Positions 15,438-29,438 are shown, counted from the stretch's first letter. The stretch: 64,000 bases of DNA from Flaccisagitta enflata (GCA_965153355.1 OZ231126.1:32798001-32862000), one strand, 5' to 3'. Numbers and translations are program-made. Notes: a model not told the origin generated them from the sequence alone.

Positions 15438-15843
15438 ACAGTTACACCCCGCTGTAACGGACCCAATAGTAACGGAAATCCACTTAAATGGATAAAAAAG
15501 TTGGTGCCATCATATCATTTCTGCCTGTTTTCCATGCTGACAATAACAAAATAAATTTCGTACGTCCCTTGATATCCGTTATCGCAGGGTTCAACTGTTT
15601 ACCTTCATGTCTTTTTGATGTTTTTTTTAAGTACAGTTGAACTCCGCACTAATGGATGCCAACAAATTTAATCTGTTACAGGTGTATTTCAGTTGCGGCC
15701 AATGTAAGAAAACAAAAAAAAAAACATAAAGGCATTAAAGACCAAGACATCAAACCCAATAAAGACAAATTTCTATCATTTTTAGATTATAGCGGGGTGT
15801 AAAAATAATTTTATCGTTATTCGTTATAGCTAGTTTTAACTGT
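15438..15843. mobile_element. Two adjacent pogo/Tigger-like MITE remnants
   Basis: TACAGTT(G/A)(A/C)A..CCGC starts and GGGTTCAACTG / TTTTAACTG ends; similar element at ~3247-3403. Confidence 0.4.
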
Positions 15844-15902
15844 TATCGGCTTCTCCCTTTCTCTCCCCTCATATCTCCGCCTCATCTTGTCGTCCTTGGC
15901 AG

Positions 15903-16055
15903 CGTCGTGACGGTGAAGGCGAAATCGTTTTTCTCTCGCCCTATCGTCTACGAGTTGACGTCCGACGGCACTCGCGGGTCGTCCGATATTTTCGACATAA
16001 ACGATCCTGCATCAGGAGAGGTCGTCCTACTCAAGTCTCTCGACTATGAGGACAG
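15903..16055 (+). CDS. CadN-like: Cadherin exon 5
   Basis: ggcAG|C...GACAG|GTAAG; VVTVKAKSFFSRPIVYELTSDGTRGSSDIFDINDPASGEVVLLKSLDYED(R) with LDYE motif. Confidence 0.9.
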
Positions 16056-16454
16056 GTAAGGACAGGAGAGGTCGTCCTACTCAAGTCTCTCGACTATGAG
16101 GACAGGTAAGGACAGGAGAGGTCGTCCTACTCAAGTCTCTCGACTATGAGGACAGGTAAGGACAGGAGAGGTCGTCCTACTCAAGTCTCTGGACTATGAG
16201 CACAAACGAATTTCACACAATTTTGTGTCAAATGGGTCTTTAAAAAGATGGCTTAGTTTGCTTGTATGGGTCGGTGAACGCAGCTGAGTATAGCCATTTT
16301 CCATGGGCTGAGTGGGATAGAAATGGCTGTAGAATGAGCATAGAAGGCAGAGGTTGAGCTCAAGTAAGGAGCTAAACAAAGGATAGAGGCAGAAGGGCAA
16401 GCCAAGAGTGTTTCATAGAGGAGAAAAACTTAAGAACGTAGAAAAGTAGAAAAG

Positions 16455-17025
16455 TAGGTAAAGAAACAAAAACAAAAACAAAAACAAACAAAAACAAACA
16501 TAAACAAACAGAAACAAACAATAACAAACAAAACAAACAAAGACAAACAAAACAAACAAAACAAACAAAAACAAACAAAAACAAACAAAACAAACTAAAC
16601 AAACAAAAACAAACAAACAAACAAACAAACAAAACAAAAAAACAAAAAAACAAAAAACAAAAACAAAAAAAACAAAAAAAACAAAAAACAAAAAACAAAA
16701 ACAAAACAAAAAACAAAAACAAAAACAACAAACAAAAACAAAAAACAAAAACAAAAACAAAAAACAAAAAAAACAAAACAAAAACAAAAAACAAAAAACA
16801 AAAACAAAAACAAAAACAAAAACAAAAAAACAAAAACAAAAACAAAAAACAAAAACAAAAAACAAAAAAAACAAAACCAAACAAACCAAAACAAAAACAA
16901 AACCAAAAACAAAAAACAAAAACAAAAAAAACAAAAACAAAAAACAAAAAACAAAAACAAAAAACAAAAACAAAAACAAAAACAAAAACAAAAAACAAAA
17001 AAAACAAAAACAAAAACAAAAAGAA
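16455..17025. repeat. Low-complexity (AAAAC)n-type tract
   Basis: Almost exclusively A and C; degraded mirror at ~28670-29050. Confidence 0.9.
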
Positions 17026-17925
17026 AAAGCTGCTAATGGCAGTGGCGTCAGAAAAGCAAGGAAGCAGACACGGATTTGCAGAGTTCAAAGCTAAGAAGTT
17101 CCAGGCAAAAAAAAAAGCAAACAAACAAACAAACAAACAAACAAACAAGAGTAAAAAGCTCGACAGTAACAGAGGTGAGGAAATCTACCTCAACGCCAGA
17201 CGGAAAGGAAGAGAAGTAATCGAGAGAAAGAGAGAAATGTGCAAAGGTATGGATATTGGATTTTAAGAGAAAGCATTAAGACCATCTAAGCATCTCCAGA
17301 TAAAGACTTAAAGACGCGCAGGTGAGAGCGGCAGTGCTCAGCTTTAAAGGAATGGAGAAAAAAAAAAGAACACTAGGAAAAGAAATGCATATGAATCCAA
17401 ACAGCGTAAAACGGGAGAAGCGTTGAAACTGCGCTTAATCTCATTCGACGTGTTAGATTCATCAACGATTTCTGTTTCTTTATTTTTTTTCTCTGAATGA
17501 ATTTTATTTTCACTTCAAGCTGTAGGGGAGTCCCATCTCAAGAATGTTTTCCATCGAATTCAAAAAGACGAGACAGGTAAGGTCATTTATACTTGGAGAC
17601 TAATTGGTGCCGCACGATCTCTTTTTCGTTGCAATGAAAATAAGAAACATTGGGGTGATTTTTGACACTGTCTCGATTTGTCTATGTATCTAGATGATGT
17701 ATCAATCTTGATACGGATATGATCGCTGTATCAGGGACCCACCGCACATCTTTTTGAAAGCGCGGGAACACTTGTAAAAATAAAAGAGTGATTTAAAAAA
17801 ATTAGAGAGTGAGACAGAGAGAGACAGGGAGAAAGACAGAGAGAGAGACAGAGGGAGAGACAGAGACAGAGAGAGAGAGAGACAGACAGAGACACAGAGA
17901 CAGACAGAGACAGACAGAGACAGAG

Positions 17926-18034
<109 letters not shown>

Positions 18035-18395
18035 GACCATCTTCTTCCCTTTATTGTTTTCTAATTCATCGAATAAGGCATTGTAGTATTCTTTGACACT
18101 GCAGGTAATGACCAGGACCGGAACCAATAGTGAAGATAACGACTCTGCTGCCTGCCGGCCGCCGTGAATGCGACATTACATAACGTACTGCGTCGTAGGG
18201 TAATCAAGGACTGAGGAGAAATTACCGGAACACTTTTTTTATAAGAACCAAGTTTATTAGAACGTTAGGCTTAAAATCCTCAAGAATTCAAAAACATGTT
18301 AAGAATATTAAATGGCTTCATTTTTCATTTTTCATTTTTTTTAAAAAATGTATTAAAAAGATTTTTTAGTCGTTAAAAAATGTATTAAAAAGATT

Positions 18396-18599
18396 TTTTA
18401 GTCGTGTGCATGCGACTCTACACCCCGCTTTGTCCGTCGGTCGGTTGGTCGGTCAGTCCCCATTTTACTTTTTTTATCAATTTTATTTCTTTATGTCATT
18501 TTAAGTCATTTTAGGGTAAACTAAGTCATTCTAAGTGAATCTGTTAAGTCATTCTAAGTCAACTGTAGTCTCGCACGCTGACTTGCTGTTGGCCTTGTT
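18396..18599 (+). mobile_element. Short HINE-like element, same family
   Basis: TTTTTAGTCGTGTGCATGCGACTCTA, (GTCG)n, TAAGTCATT units, ends TTGGCCTTGTT. Confidence 0.55.
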
Positions 18600-19227
18600 T
18601 AAAAATAAAAAACCAGAGCAATTTGTAAGTTTTTTTTCTTTTATATGTTTTCTGTTTCCACTTTCTTCTTGATATCCTTTCAAAATCTAATATATTTCAT
18701 ATAGTTTCATAAATATTTTATTTTAACTTTAACTTCTTCTAGAAGACAAACTCAAACCGATTAAAATTGTTCCTAATAAAAGATTAAAACCTGTTTAAAC
18801 TAAAATCAATTTAAAAAGGTTTAAACATTGAAATTGCCTAAAAATTAAGAACATTGAAAGGTTGCCCAAAACGTGATGTTCTTATATGAAAAAAAGTGTA
18901 CCCGGAGTATAGCACGAAGTGCTTGTGAATGGATAAATAATCAAAAAATATTAGGGACTGACTGATGGACAAATCCGCCTAAGGGATGCCCGTGCCCGCA
19001 GTAATCTAAGAAAAGTAATACCTTGTTCTGTTTATGGATAGGGGGCACGATCTCAAGGCAACTCTGGAAGACCCAAGTTGTAAAGAACTTCATTCAAAAT
19101 TTGGTCAAGGCCACATGAAGCGCAAAACGACAGAGCGAAAAGAATTGGTGAGGTTCGAGAACAGCATGACGGACAATGAAAACTTGGAGACATTTACAGA
19201 CAAAAAGAAAACACACACACACTCATA

Positions 19228-19278
<51 letters not shown>

Positions 19279-20257
19279 ACACACACACACACACACAATA
19301 AACACACCCCATAATTTACTTACAGTCACACAACAAACACACAACAAAAACACAGAAACACATACAACAAAAACGTACAAAACAAACATACAGAACAAAC
19401 ACACACAGAACAAACACACTCAGGATGAACACACACACAACGAATACACACAGAGCAAATACACAGAACGAAAACACACACGCACACGCACGCACACACA
19501 CGCACCCACGTGCCGCAGTCGCTTCGTGGTGATCTTTCCTCTGCCAGGGGACGCCTGTTTTAATTCTTTTGCTGTAAAAAACATTGGGCTTGTTGAAAAA
19601 TATGCTAGCCTATTCAACGTAACGCGAGGCCCTTGATAGCTACACGTACTGGTTTTAATTGAATGATTACCGTCCTAATGAAAAAAGGAAGTAACTATGG
19701 ATAGCTTGGAGTGTTTCTCCATTTTTAGTCGGGGACAAGCAACTCTATAAGACTGTCCATCCGTTGGTCCATCAGTTCAGTGAGGATTGAGTTGAAAAGT
19801 GTGCTTAGTGTGTCGGATTGTAGCAAATCAGAAAGAGGGAGAGGAACAAAGACTGAACAGACGAAATATTGTAGTTACACCGTATTTCTCGCGCCATCAT
19901 TGGATTGTTTACTGTCAATTTGTTAAAATTTGTAATAAAAGTCTTGTCATTGAAATATTTATTTCTCCATGTTATTGCCGAATGATGAACTATCAATGGA
20001 CTGATAGATTGTCAGGTATAGGGATTTGCCAAAGCAGTATGTATTTGTCGCTATCATCGTGGTTGCTTCTGGTGAGATATTTATCGGCTTGGCTACTTAA
20101 GATCTCGCCAGGTGCCTCAACTTAAAAAAAATCATGATTTTGTTCCAGACACGTAGCCATAAAACTGATCTACGTTTGTTTACAACCCAGTCCAGAGACG
20201 TACAGGCCTTGAATTCTTATGGATTGTGAACTCCTCGGTGTTATTGGATTTTGCACA

Positions 20258-20350
<93 letters not shown>

Positions 20351-21148
20351 GCGCGCGCGCGTAAGAGAGAAAAGAAGCAGAAATCAGAAAATGGAGTTAA
20401 GATGCGCGGTTGCGTGGGCAAGAAATACCTGACAAGACACTATGCGTTCAGCTAGAAACGAACAAAAAGAGCGAAAATGAGAATGGCAGAAACTATAGCG
20501 AGAAAATATTGTTTCGTGAAACGTGTCATTTGTTTGCATGCTTTTTCTTATTCGCGTGCGTGGTGTCTAAATACACACGTACACACGCATGTAATTATCA
20601 CGACCCCCAGAGCATAACAGATGTTATCGGGGGTTTTGTACTTTGTAGAAACAGTAAACGGAGGAGGAGGTTGGGGGATTGGTTGGCTGGTAAAGTCGAG
20701 GTTTATTCATGCGATCGGTCGTTTTTTTTTTCCAATGGCAAGTGGATAAGAAAGAATATGAGACGACTTAAGGGAATAGATTAACCCCCAGAGGTGCGAC
20801 CGAGCTATGGATGAAATAACGTTAACTTTCCCTTATGGCTGAAATATCTCAGAATCATGTTTCGCATTTGAATAATTTCCTCCCGCACTCCCCCACCGCC
20901 CCCTCTCTACTCTTTCTCTCACACACTTTTTCTCTCTCACTCTCTCTCACTCTCTCTCTCAATCGATCTTGCTTTTGTCTGTCTGCCTATATGTGTTTTT
21001 CAACCTTACATGCTGTCATTGCTTGTACACATGTTGTTCTGCTCTTGCCTCTTGAAGTTTTTGTTCTTGTTCTTTTTCTTGTTCTTGTTCTTTTTCTTGT
21101 TCTTCATTTTGTCGTTGTGCTTCTTTTGCTTCTTCTTCTTCTCCTTCT

Positions 21149-21180
<32 letters not shown>

Positions 21181-21231
21181 TCCTTCTTCTTCTCCTTCTT
21201 TTTCTTTTTCTTTTCCGTCTTTTTCTTCTTT

Positions 21232-21270
<39 letters not shown>

Positions 21271-21403
21271 TCTTTCTCTTCTTCTTCTTCTTCTTCTACT
21301 TCTTCATCCTCTTTTTCTTCTTTTTTTCCTCGACGTCTTGTCCATCTTTCTTCCTCCTTCACTTCCTCCCCCCACCTTCCTCTCTTTACTTTTCTCTGCA
21401 CAG

Positions 21404-21488
21404 AAATTCTCGTTCTTTTAACCTCATCGTTACGGCGAAAGAGAACGTCATCGGCGGTCTTTCAAGCACCGTCGACGTACACGTTCAG
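21404..21488 (+). CDS. CadN-like: Cadherin exon 6
   Basis: gcacAG|A...CAG|GTcaga; NSRSFNLIVTAKENVIGGLSSTVDVHVQ; in frame with exons 5 and 7. Confidence 0.9.
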
Positions 21489-21918
21489 GTCAGACCCATT
21501 AACACGATCAACCAACATCCAATGTTTATTATATTTAATCACTCATTCAATTTGCTGAGCTTCATCGGTCAATCATGTTATCACACAATGTCGCAATCAC
21601 GAATACAACCAACAAAGCGCTTGCTATTAAACTTTCAATTTATGTACAGCATCTCGTCTTCTTCAATCAGTTAATAATTCGACCGATCTTTATGACTGAC
21701 TGCATTCATAACGTCGAATCAATCGATCAATCTGTTTTCCTTTCGACCCCACATTCCCAACAGAAAACCATCGGAGGATAGCTAGTTGCTAGTCTTTCAT
21801 CTATCAGATATCATTTTCTTTTGACAATTCTTTCGTCAACCTATTTATCATTCACTTACCCAATCCATTAATTGATCATTGATTATCACGTAAACTATTC
21901 CATCCACAACGATTGCAG

Positions 21919-22017
21919 GTGCAAGATGTGAATGATAATGTGCCGACGTTCTCTCTCCCGGAATATGTGAAACAAGACGTCCCTGAAGACGTCAAAATAG
22001 GACAAATAATCGTCAAA
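21919..22017 (+). CDS. CadN-like: Cadherin exon 7
   Basis: ttgcAG|GTG...AAA|GTGAGT; VQDVNDNVPTFSLPEYVKQDVPEDVKIGQIIVK with DVNDNxPxF and PE motifs. Confidence 0.92.
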
Positions 22018-22386
22018 GTGAGTCGACTGACGCATGTGCCAGTCCCTTTTGTGTAGAATCATTCTATTAGAATGAAATCAATTTTTCTTCTCCTCATTTA
22101 ATATTCGAAATTTGCTTCTTATCATCACTTTCTTTTAAAAATTGGTTGTTGAGTTGTCCTCTTTAGCGTATACAATCAACACCAATTTAATCAAATGAAA
22201 TTACAGTGAATATCTACTCCCCTCTTTCTTCTTCTTCTCCTTCTTCTTCTTCTGCATCTTTTTCTTTTTCTTTTTCTTTTTCTTTTTCTTTTTCAAGCTT
22301 CTTCTTCTTCTTCTTCTTCTGCTTCTTCTTCTGCTTCTTCTTCTTCTTCTTCTTCTTCTTCTTCTTCTTCTTCTCCTTCTTTGCAG

Positions 22387-22490
22387 GTTATGGCTACCGA
22401 CGCTGATAGCGGTGAGAACAGCGAAATCGTCTATCAGTTGGACAATGACTTTTTCTCCATCCTTCCAACCGGAGAAATCAGATCAGCCAA
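22387..22490 (+). CDS. CadN-like: Cadherin exon 8 (last seen; ends mid-domain)
   Basis: ttgcAG|GTT...AA|GTAAGT; VMATDADSGENSEIVYQLDNDFFSILPTGEIRSA(K) with AxDxDxGxN motif. Confidence 0.92.
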
Positions 22491-23662
22491 GTAAGTGGGA
22501 AAAAAAGACACATTGGTCAGGTAAAAATGACAATCTTTTGTGATGGAAAATGCATGAAAATATAATCATGTAAAAATTGCGCTATAAAGGCCGATGTTTC
22601 CCCAATCAAATGTTTAAATGCACTGATTCATTGGACTAAAGGGCATTTGCTGATTTGCTGAATTCACAGCACCAACCCTTCTCGCTTTCCATGTATGGTG
22701 TCGTTTTTGAATCCTCATCACAAGGAGCCATTTCCTGGGTGAAAAATAATGGAAAAATAATGAAATGTGATGCTAACTCGCATTCCAGACGTGAGCAAGC
22801 TAATGCTTTTTCCAGTGCAGTGAGTGAGCAATTATGATTTATCATGAAATCAAAAGATGACCTATAAAAACTGCTTCCGACACTTCTTTGCAAAATGGCA
22901 AAATGCAAAAATGACAAAATCGCTCTTTACAATATCAACGGTCTAATATCCGCTAGCCCAAAAGCTCAATTTTAAGAGTTCTGAAAAAAAAAATTAACCC
23001 GTCTCCAAATTTTTGCATACTAGTCCTGAAAAAGGTGTAGATTAAGAATATCAACTTTATTTTACCCGATTGCGAGCCGAAAAAATTAGAAACACTTTTT
23101 TTGGCCAAAAATGGTGGTTTTTTGAGATAAACAGCATAAAGATACGTCTCTGAAGAGATAACATGCCCTGGTTTTGATAAATAATCATCTGCTGAATATT
23201 TGTAAGAAATTTCAGAAAATTTCGTGAACGTTAAGATGCCTAAAATGCATTATTAAACTCCAAAAATAAAAAAAATCAGCCTTGATGAAAAGATAATGTC
23301 TAAAAGAGCTCATGGGATGTTAGAAATCATAAAAATATACTTCACAAATTTTCAAATATGAATATCGACTTCAAACTATAACCAAAAAACCAAATTACGA
23401 CAATATGCAAAAGCGGGAGCTTTGGGCAAAAAGTTGCCAAAACCCAAAATCGCTGTTTTCTACAAAATATGATGCACAGGAAGCTCTGTTAACCTTTCTT
23501 AAAACCTACAAGCTTTCTTTTCTTTATTTTGAAGGACTCTTTGATCATTTTATGTACATGACAGTGTTGTATACATGCAAAAAGACTGAGTTCTTGACAG
23601 GGGGAAATTGACATAGGAAGAAACTTTCATAACTAAAAACATTTTTGCTCTGAATTATTAAG

Positions 23663-23706
<44 letters not shown>

Positions 23707-25465
23707 TTCTCTCTCCCCCCTGTTCTCTCATTGGTTGAATCTCTCTCAACCCCCGAGCATCATCACGTGACTACGCTTGCCCCATTGATGAGGGGGTTCT
23801 GTTTTCAATGTATTCAGTTATGTACATTTGCTACTAACATCCATACACGCCTCAGCTTTTCTAGATTGCTACAGTTAAAAAATCAAATGTATTTAGCATC
23901 AAGTATTGTCTTAGTTATTTCTTCATCCCAGTTTTTTCTAATCTTACGTATTTGTTATTTAACTGTCTTTGTAAAACAATGCAATGAACAATTAAACTAC
24001 TTCCCTCCAAATTGTGTCTTGCAGGCATTGGACTAACAAACAAACAGAAGATTCATGCTAGTGTTTTCACCATGACCTTGATATTTGCATGTACTCAGAT
24101 ATATAAAGATTGTATTAGCTACATTCACTCATGTTAGATATATAAACATTCAATTATCTCATTCAATAGGTTTTCAATCCAGGTTAATGTCTGTAAGCTA
24201 TCTAAATATCACTGCTATAAACATTAAATTGAGAAATTTTATTCTATTCTTAAACAAATAAATGCTCTTTAAGTTTGGAATACATTGCACAATTAAAAAC
24301 AATCATGATTTGTAAAGAAGTGCAATTTTAATGAGTTTTTAGCAATTTTCCCCCTGTCAAGAACTCAAAAAGTGTCTTTTGGCATGTATACAACACTGTC
24401 ATGTACATAAAATGATCAAAGAGTCCTTCAAAATAAAGAAAAAGAAAGCTTGCTAGGTTTTAAGAAGGTTAACAGAGCTATAACCATCATATTTTGGCAA
24501 GAAACAGCGATTTTGTGGGTTTTTAGCAATTTTTGCCCAAAAGCTCATTTGCATATTGTCGTAATTTGGTTTTTTGGTTATAATTCGTCCAATATTCATC
24601 AGGTATGCCTGAAAATTTGTGGGGAAGTATATTTTTATGATTTCTAACATCCCATGAGCTCTTTTAGACATTATCTTTTAATCAAGGCTGATTTTTTTTA
24701 TTTTTGGAGTTTAATAATGCATTTTAGGCATCTTAACATTCACGAAATTTTGTGAAATTTCTTACAAGTATTCAGCAGATGATTATTTATCAAAACCAGG
24801 GCATGTTATCTCTTCAGAGATGTATCTTTATGCTGTTTATCTAAAAAAACCACCATTTTTGGCCAAAAAAAGTGTTTCTAATTTTTTCGGCTCGCAATCG
24901 GGTGAAATAAAGTTGATATTCTTAATCTACACCTTTTTTAGGACTAATATGCAAAAATTTTGAGACGGGTTAATTTTTTTTTTTCAGAACTCTTAAAATT
25001 GAGCTTTTGGGCTAGCGGATATTAGACCGTTGATATTGTAAAGAGCGATTTTGTCATTTTTGCATTTTGCCATTTTGCAAAGAAGTGTCGGAAGCAGTTT
25101 TTATAGGTCATCTTTTGATTTCATGATAAATCATAATTGCTCACTCACTGCACTGGAAAAAGCATTAGCTTGCTCACGTCTGGAATGCGAGTTAGCATCA
25201 CATTTCATTATTTTTCACCCAGGAAATGGCTCCTTGTGATGAGGATTCAAAAACGACACCATACATGAAAAGCGAGAAAGGTTGGTGCTGTGAATTCAGC
25301 AAATCAGCAAATGCCCTTTAGCCCAATGAATCAGTGCATTTAAACATTTGAATGGGGAAACATCGGCCTTTATAGCGCAATTTTTACATGATTATATTTT
25401 CATGCATTTTCCATCACAAAAGATTGTCATTTTTACCTGACCAATGTGTCTTTTTTCCCACTTAC

Positions 25466-25569
25466 TTGGCTGATCTGATTTCTCCGGTTGGAAGGATGGA
25501 GAAAAAGTCATTGTCCAACTGATAGACGATTTCGCTGTTCTCACCGCTATCAGCGTCGGTAGCCATAAC
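25466..25569 (-). CDS. CadN-like: Cadherin exon 8, inverted copy
   Basis: Reverse complement of 22387-22490; visible at the end of ORF 25462..25911 (VMATDADSGENSEIVYQLDNDFFSILPTGEIRSAK). Confidence 0.85.
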
Positions 25570-26099
25570 CTGCAAAGAAGGAGAAGAAGAAGAAGAAGAA
25601 GAAGAAGAAGAAGAAGAAGAAGAAGAAGAAGAAGAAGAAGAAGAAGAAGAAGAAGAAGAAGAAGAAGAAGAAGAAGAAGAAGAAGAAGAAGAAGAAGAAG
25701 AAGAAGAAGAAAAAGAAGAAGAAGAAGCAGAAGCAGAAGAAGAAGAAGAAGAAGAAGAAAAAGAAAAAGAAAAAGAAAAAGAATAAGAAAAAGAAAAAGA
25801 AAAAGAAAAAGAAAAAGAAAAAGAAAAAGAAAAAGAAAAAGAAAAAGAAAAAGAAAAAGATGCAGAAGAAGAAGAAGGAGAAGAAGAAGAAAGAGGGGAG
25901 TAGATATTCACTGTAATTTCATTTGATTAAATTGGTGTTGATTGTATACGCTAAAGAGGACAACTCAACAACCAATTTTTAAAAGAAAGTGATGATAAGA
26001 AGCAAATTTCGAATATTAAATGAGGAGAAGAAAAATTGATTTCATTCTAATAGAATGATTCTACACAAAAGGGACTGGCACATGCGTCAGTCGACTCAC

Positions 26100-26198
26100 T
26101 TTGACGATTATTTGTCCTATTTTGACGTCTTCAGGGACGTCTTGTTTCACATATTCCGGGAGAGAGAACGTCGGCACATTATCATTCACATCTTGCAC
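26100..26198 (-). CDS. CadN-like: Cadherin exon 7, inverted copy
   Basis: Reverse complement of 21919-22017. Confidence 0.85.
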
Positions 26199-26646
26199 CT
26201 GCAATCGTTGTGGATGGAATAGTTTACGTGATAATCAATGATCAATTAATGGATTGGGTAAGTGAATGATTAATAGGTTGACGAAAGAATTGTCAAAAGA
26301 AAATGATATCTGATAGATGAAAGACTAGCAACTAGCTATCCTCCGATGGTTTTCTGTTGGGAATGTGGGGTCGAAAGGAAAACAGATTGATCGATTGATT
26401 CGACGTTATGAATGCAGTCAGTCATAAAGATCGGTCGAATTATTAACTGATTGAAGAATACGAGATGCTGTACATAAATTGAAAGTTTAATAGCAAGCGC
26501 TTTGTTGGTTGTATTCGTGATTGCGACATTGTGTGATAAAGATTGACCGAATGATAACATGATTGACCGATGAAGCTCAGCAAATTGAATGAGTGATTAA
26601 ATATAATAAACATTGGATGTTGGTTGATCGTGTTAATGGGTCTGAC

Positions 26647-26731
26647 CTGAACGTGTACGTCGACGGTGCTTGAAAGACCGCCGATGACGTTCTCTTTCGC
26701 CGTAACGATGAGGTTAAAAGAACGAGAATTT
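26647..26731 (-). CDS. CadN-like: Cadherin exon 6, inverted copy
   Basis: Reverse complement of 21404-21488. Confidence 0.85.
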
Positions 26732-27626
26732 CTGTGCAGAGAAAAGTAAAGAGAGGAAGGTGGGGGGAGGAAGTGAAGGAGGAAGAAAGATGGACAAGAC
26801 GTCGAGGAAAAAAAGAAGAAAAAGAGGATGAAGAAGTAGAAGAAGAAGAAGAAGAAGAAGAAGAAGAAGAAGAAGAAGAAGAAGAAGAAGAAGAAAAGAA
26901 GAAGAAGAAGAAGAAGAAGAAGAAGAAGAAGAAGAAGAAGAAGAAGAAGAAGAAGAGAAGAAGAAGAATATAAGAAGAAGAGGTATTAAGAAGAAGAAGA
27001 AGAAGAAGAAAAAAAATAAGAAGAAAGAAGAAGAAATAATAAGAATAATAAGAAGAAGAAGAAGAAGAATAAGAATAAAAAAAAAAAAAAGAAGAAGAAG
27101 AAGAAGAAGAAGAAGAAGAAGAAGAAGAAGAAGAAGAAGAAGATGAAGATGAAGATGAAGATGAAGAATAGTTAAAATATGTATAAGAAGAAGAAGAAGT
27201 AAGAATAATAAGAAGAAGAAGAATAATAATATAAGAAGAAGAATAAGACAAGAAGAAGAAGAAAGAAAAAGAAAAATAGAAAAAGAAAAGAAAAGCAGAA
27301 AGAAAGAAAAAGAAAAAGAAAAAGAAAAGAAGGAGAAGGAGGAAGGAGAAGAAGAAGGAGAAGAAGAAGAAACAAGAAGAGAAAGAAGAAGAAGGAGAAG
27401 AAGAAGAAGCAGTAGCTAACAACGATTATAAATGAAGAACAAGAAAGAACAAGAACAAGAAAAAGAACAAGAACAAAAACTCAAGAGCAAGAGCAAGAAT
27501 TTATAACATGTACAAAAAAGAAGAGAAAAAGAGAAAAAGAGAAAAATAAGAAGAAATGTAAAGCAATTGATTGAGAAAATGTGGGGGAAATGGAGAGAAA
27601 AAGTGAGAAACAATAAAGAGAGAGAG

Positions 27627-27693
<67 letters not shown>

Positions 27694-28226
27694 AGAGAGG
27701 TGGCGGTGGGGGAGTGCGGGAGGAAATTATTCAAATGCGAAACATGATTCTGAGATATTTCAGCCATAAGGGAAAGTTAACGTTATTTCATCCATAGCTC
27801 GGTCGCACCTCTGGGGGTTAATCTATTCCCTTTAGTCGTCTCATATTCTTTCTTATCCATTTGCCATTGGAAAAAAAAACGACCGATCGCATGAATAAAC
27901 CTCGACTTTACCAGCCAACTAATCCCCCAACCTCCTCCTCCGTTTACTGTTTCTACAAAGTACAAAACCCCCGATAACATCTGTTATGCTCTGGGGGTCG
28001 TGATAATTACATGCGTGTGTACGTGTGTATTTAGACACCACGCACGCGAATAAGAAAAGGCATGCAAACAAATGACAAGTTTCACGAAACAATATTTTCT
28101 CGCTAAAGTTTCTGCCATTCTCATTTTCACTCTTTTTGTTCGTTTCTAGCTGAACGCATAGTGTCTTGTCAGGTATTTCTTGCCCACGCAACCGCGCATT
28201 TTAACTCCATTTTCTGATTTCTGCTT

Positions 28227-28291
<65 letters not shown>

Positions 28292-29438
28292 GTAACCAAC
28301 AATTATTTATTCACAAATCTATTTCTTTCCTAGTGTTCTTTTTTTTTTTCTCCATTCCTTTTGCAGTTGAGCACTCCGCTCTCACCAGGTGCCTTGAAGT
28401 TCTTATCTGGATATTAGAATGTAGTTCTTAATGCTTTCTTTTAAAACTAATATCCATTCTGCACATTTCTCTTTCCCTGATTATTCTTTCCAGTCTGTGT
28501 TGAGGTAGATTTCCTCTTCACCTCTGTTACTGTTTGAGCGTTTCGTGCTTGCTCGTTTGTTTGTTTGTTTGTTTGTTTGCTTTTTTTTTTGCCTGGAACT
28601 TCTTAGCTTTGAACTCTGCAAATCCGTGTCTGCTTCCTTGCTTTTCTGACGCCACTGCCATTAGCTGCTTTTTCTTTTTGTTTTGTTTTTTGTTTTTTGT
28701 TTTTTTTTATTTTTGCTTTAAGTTTATCTTGGTTTTTGGTTTTTACTTTTAGTTTTGGTTTGTTTTTTTTGTTTTTTGTTTTTTTGTTTTTTTGTTTTTT
28801 TTTTGTTTTTTTGTTTTTGTTTGCTTTTGTTTTTGTTTTTTGTTTTAGTTTTTTATTTTTGTTTTTTGTTTTGGTTTTTTGTTTTTGTTTATTGTTTTTT
28901 TTCTGTTATTTTGTTATTTACTGGTTTTATTATTTTATTGTTTTATTTGTCTGTTTGTTTTTGTTTATTTTATTTTGAGTTATTGTTTGTTTCAGCATGT
29001 TTTTATACGTATGTTTATTTTATTGTTTTGTTCTTTTAATTTGTTTCTTTTACCTACTTTTCTATTTTTCTACGTTTTAAGTTTTTCTTCCTTATAAACA
29101 CCTTCAATGGTTTGCCTTCATCCTTGTTACTCTTACTTGAGTCAACTCTCTCTTCATTTTGATGCCATTCTGATATTACTTTTTATCCACTGGCCCATGA
29201 AATGGTTATACTCCAATAGTGTTCACTGACCATACAAGCAAACAAGCCATCGTTAAAGATCCATTTGGATAGCTGTAAAATTGTGTGAATGCTCTGTGCC
29301 TCAGTCCAGAGACTCTGAGCAGGACGACCTCCTGTCCTTGTGCACTCTGTCTCAACAGAGACTTGAGACTTGATCTCCTCCTGGTCTCACTCTTGGTCCA
29401 TAGGCTTGAGGACTGAGTAGGACGACTTCTGTCCTTAC

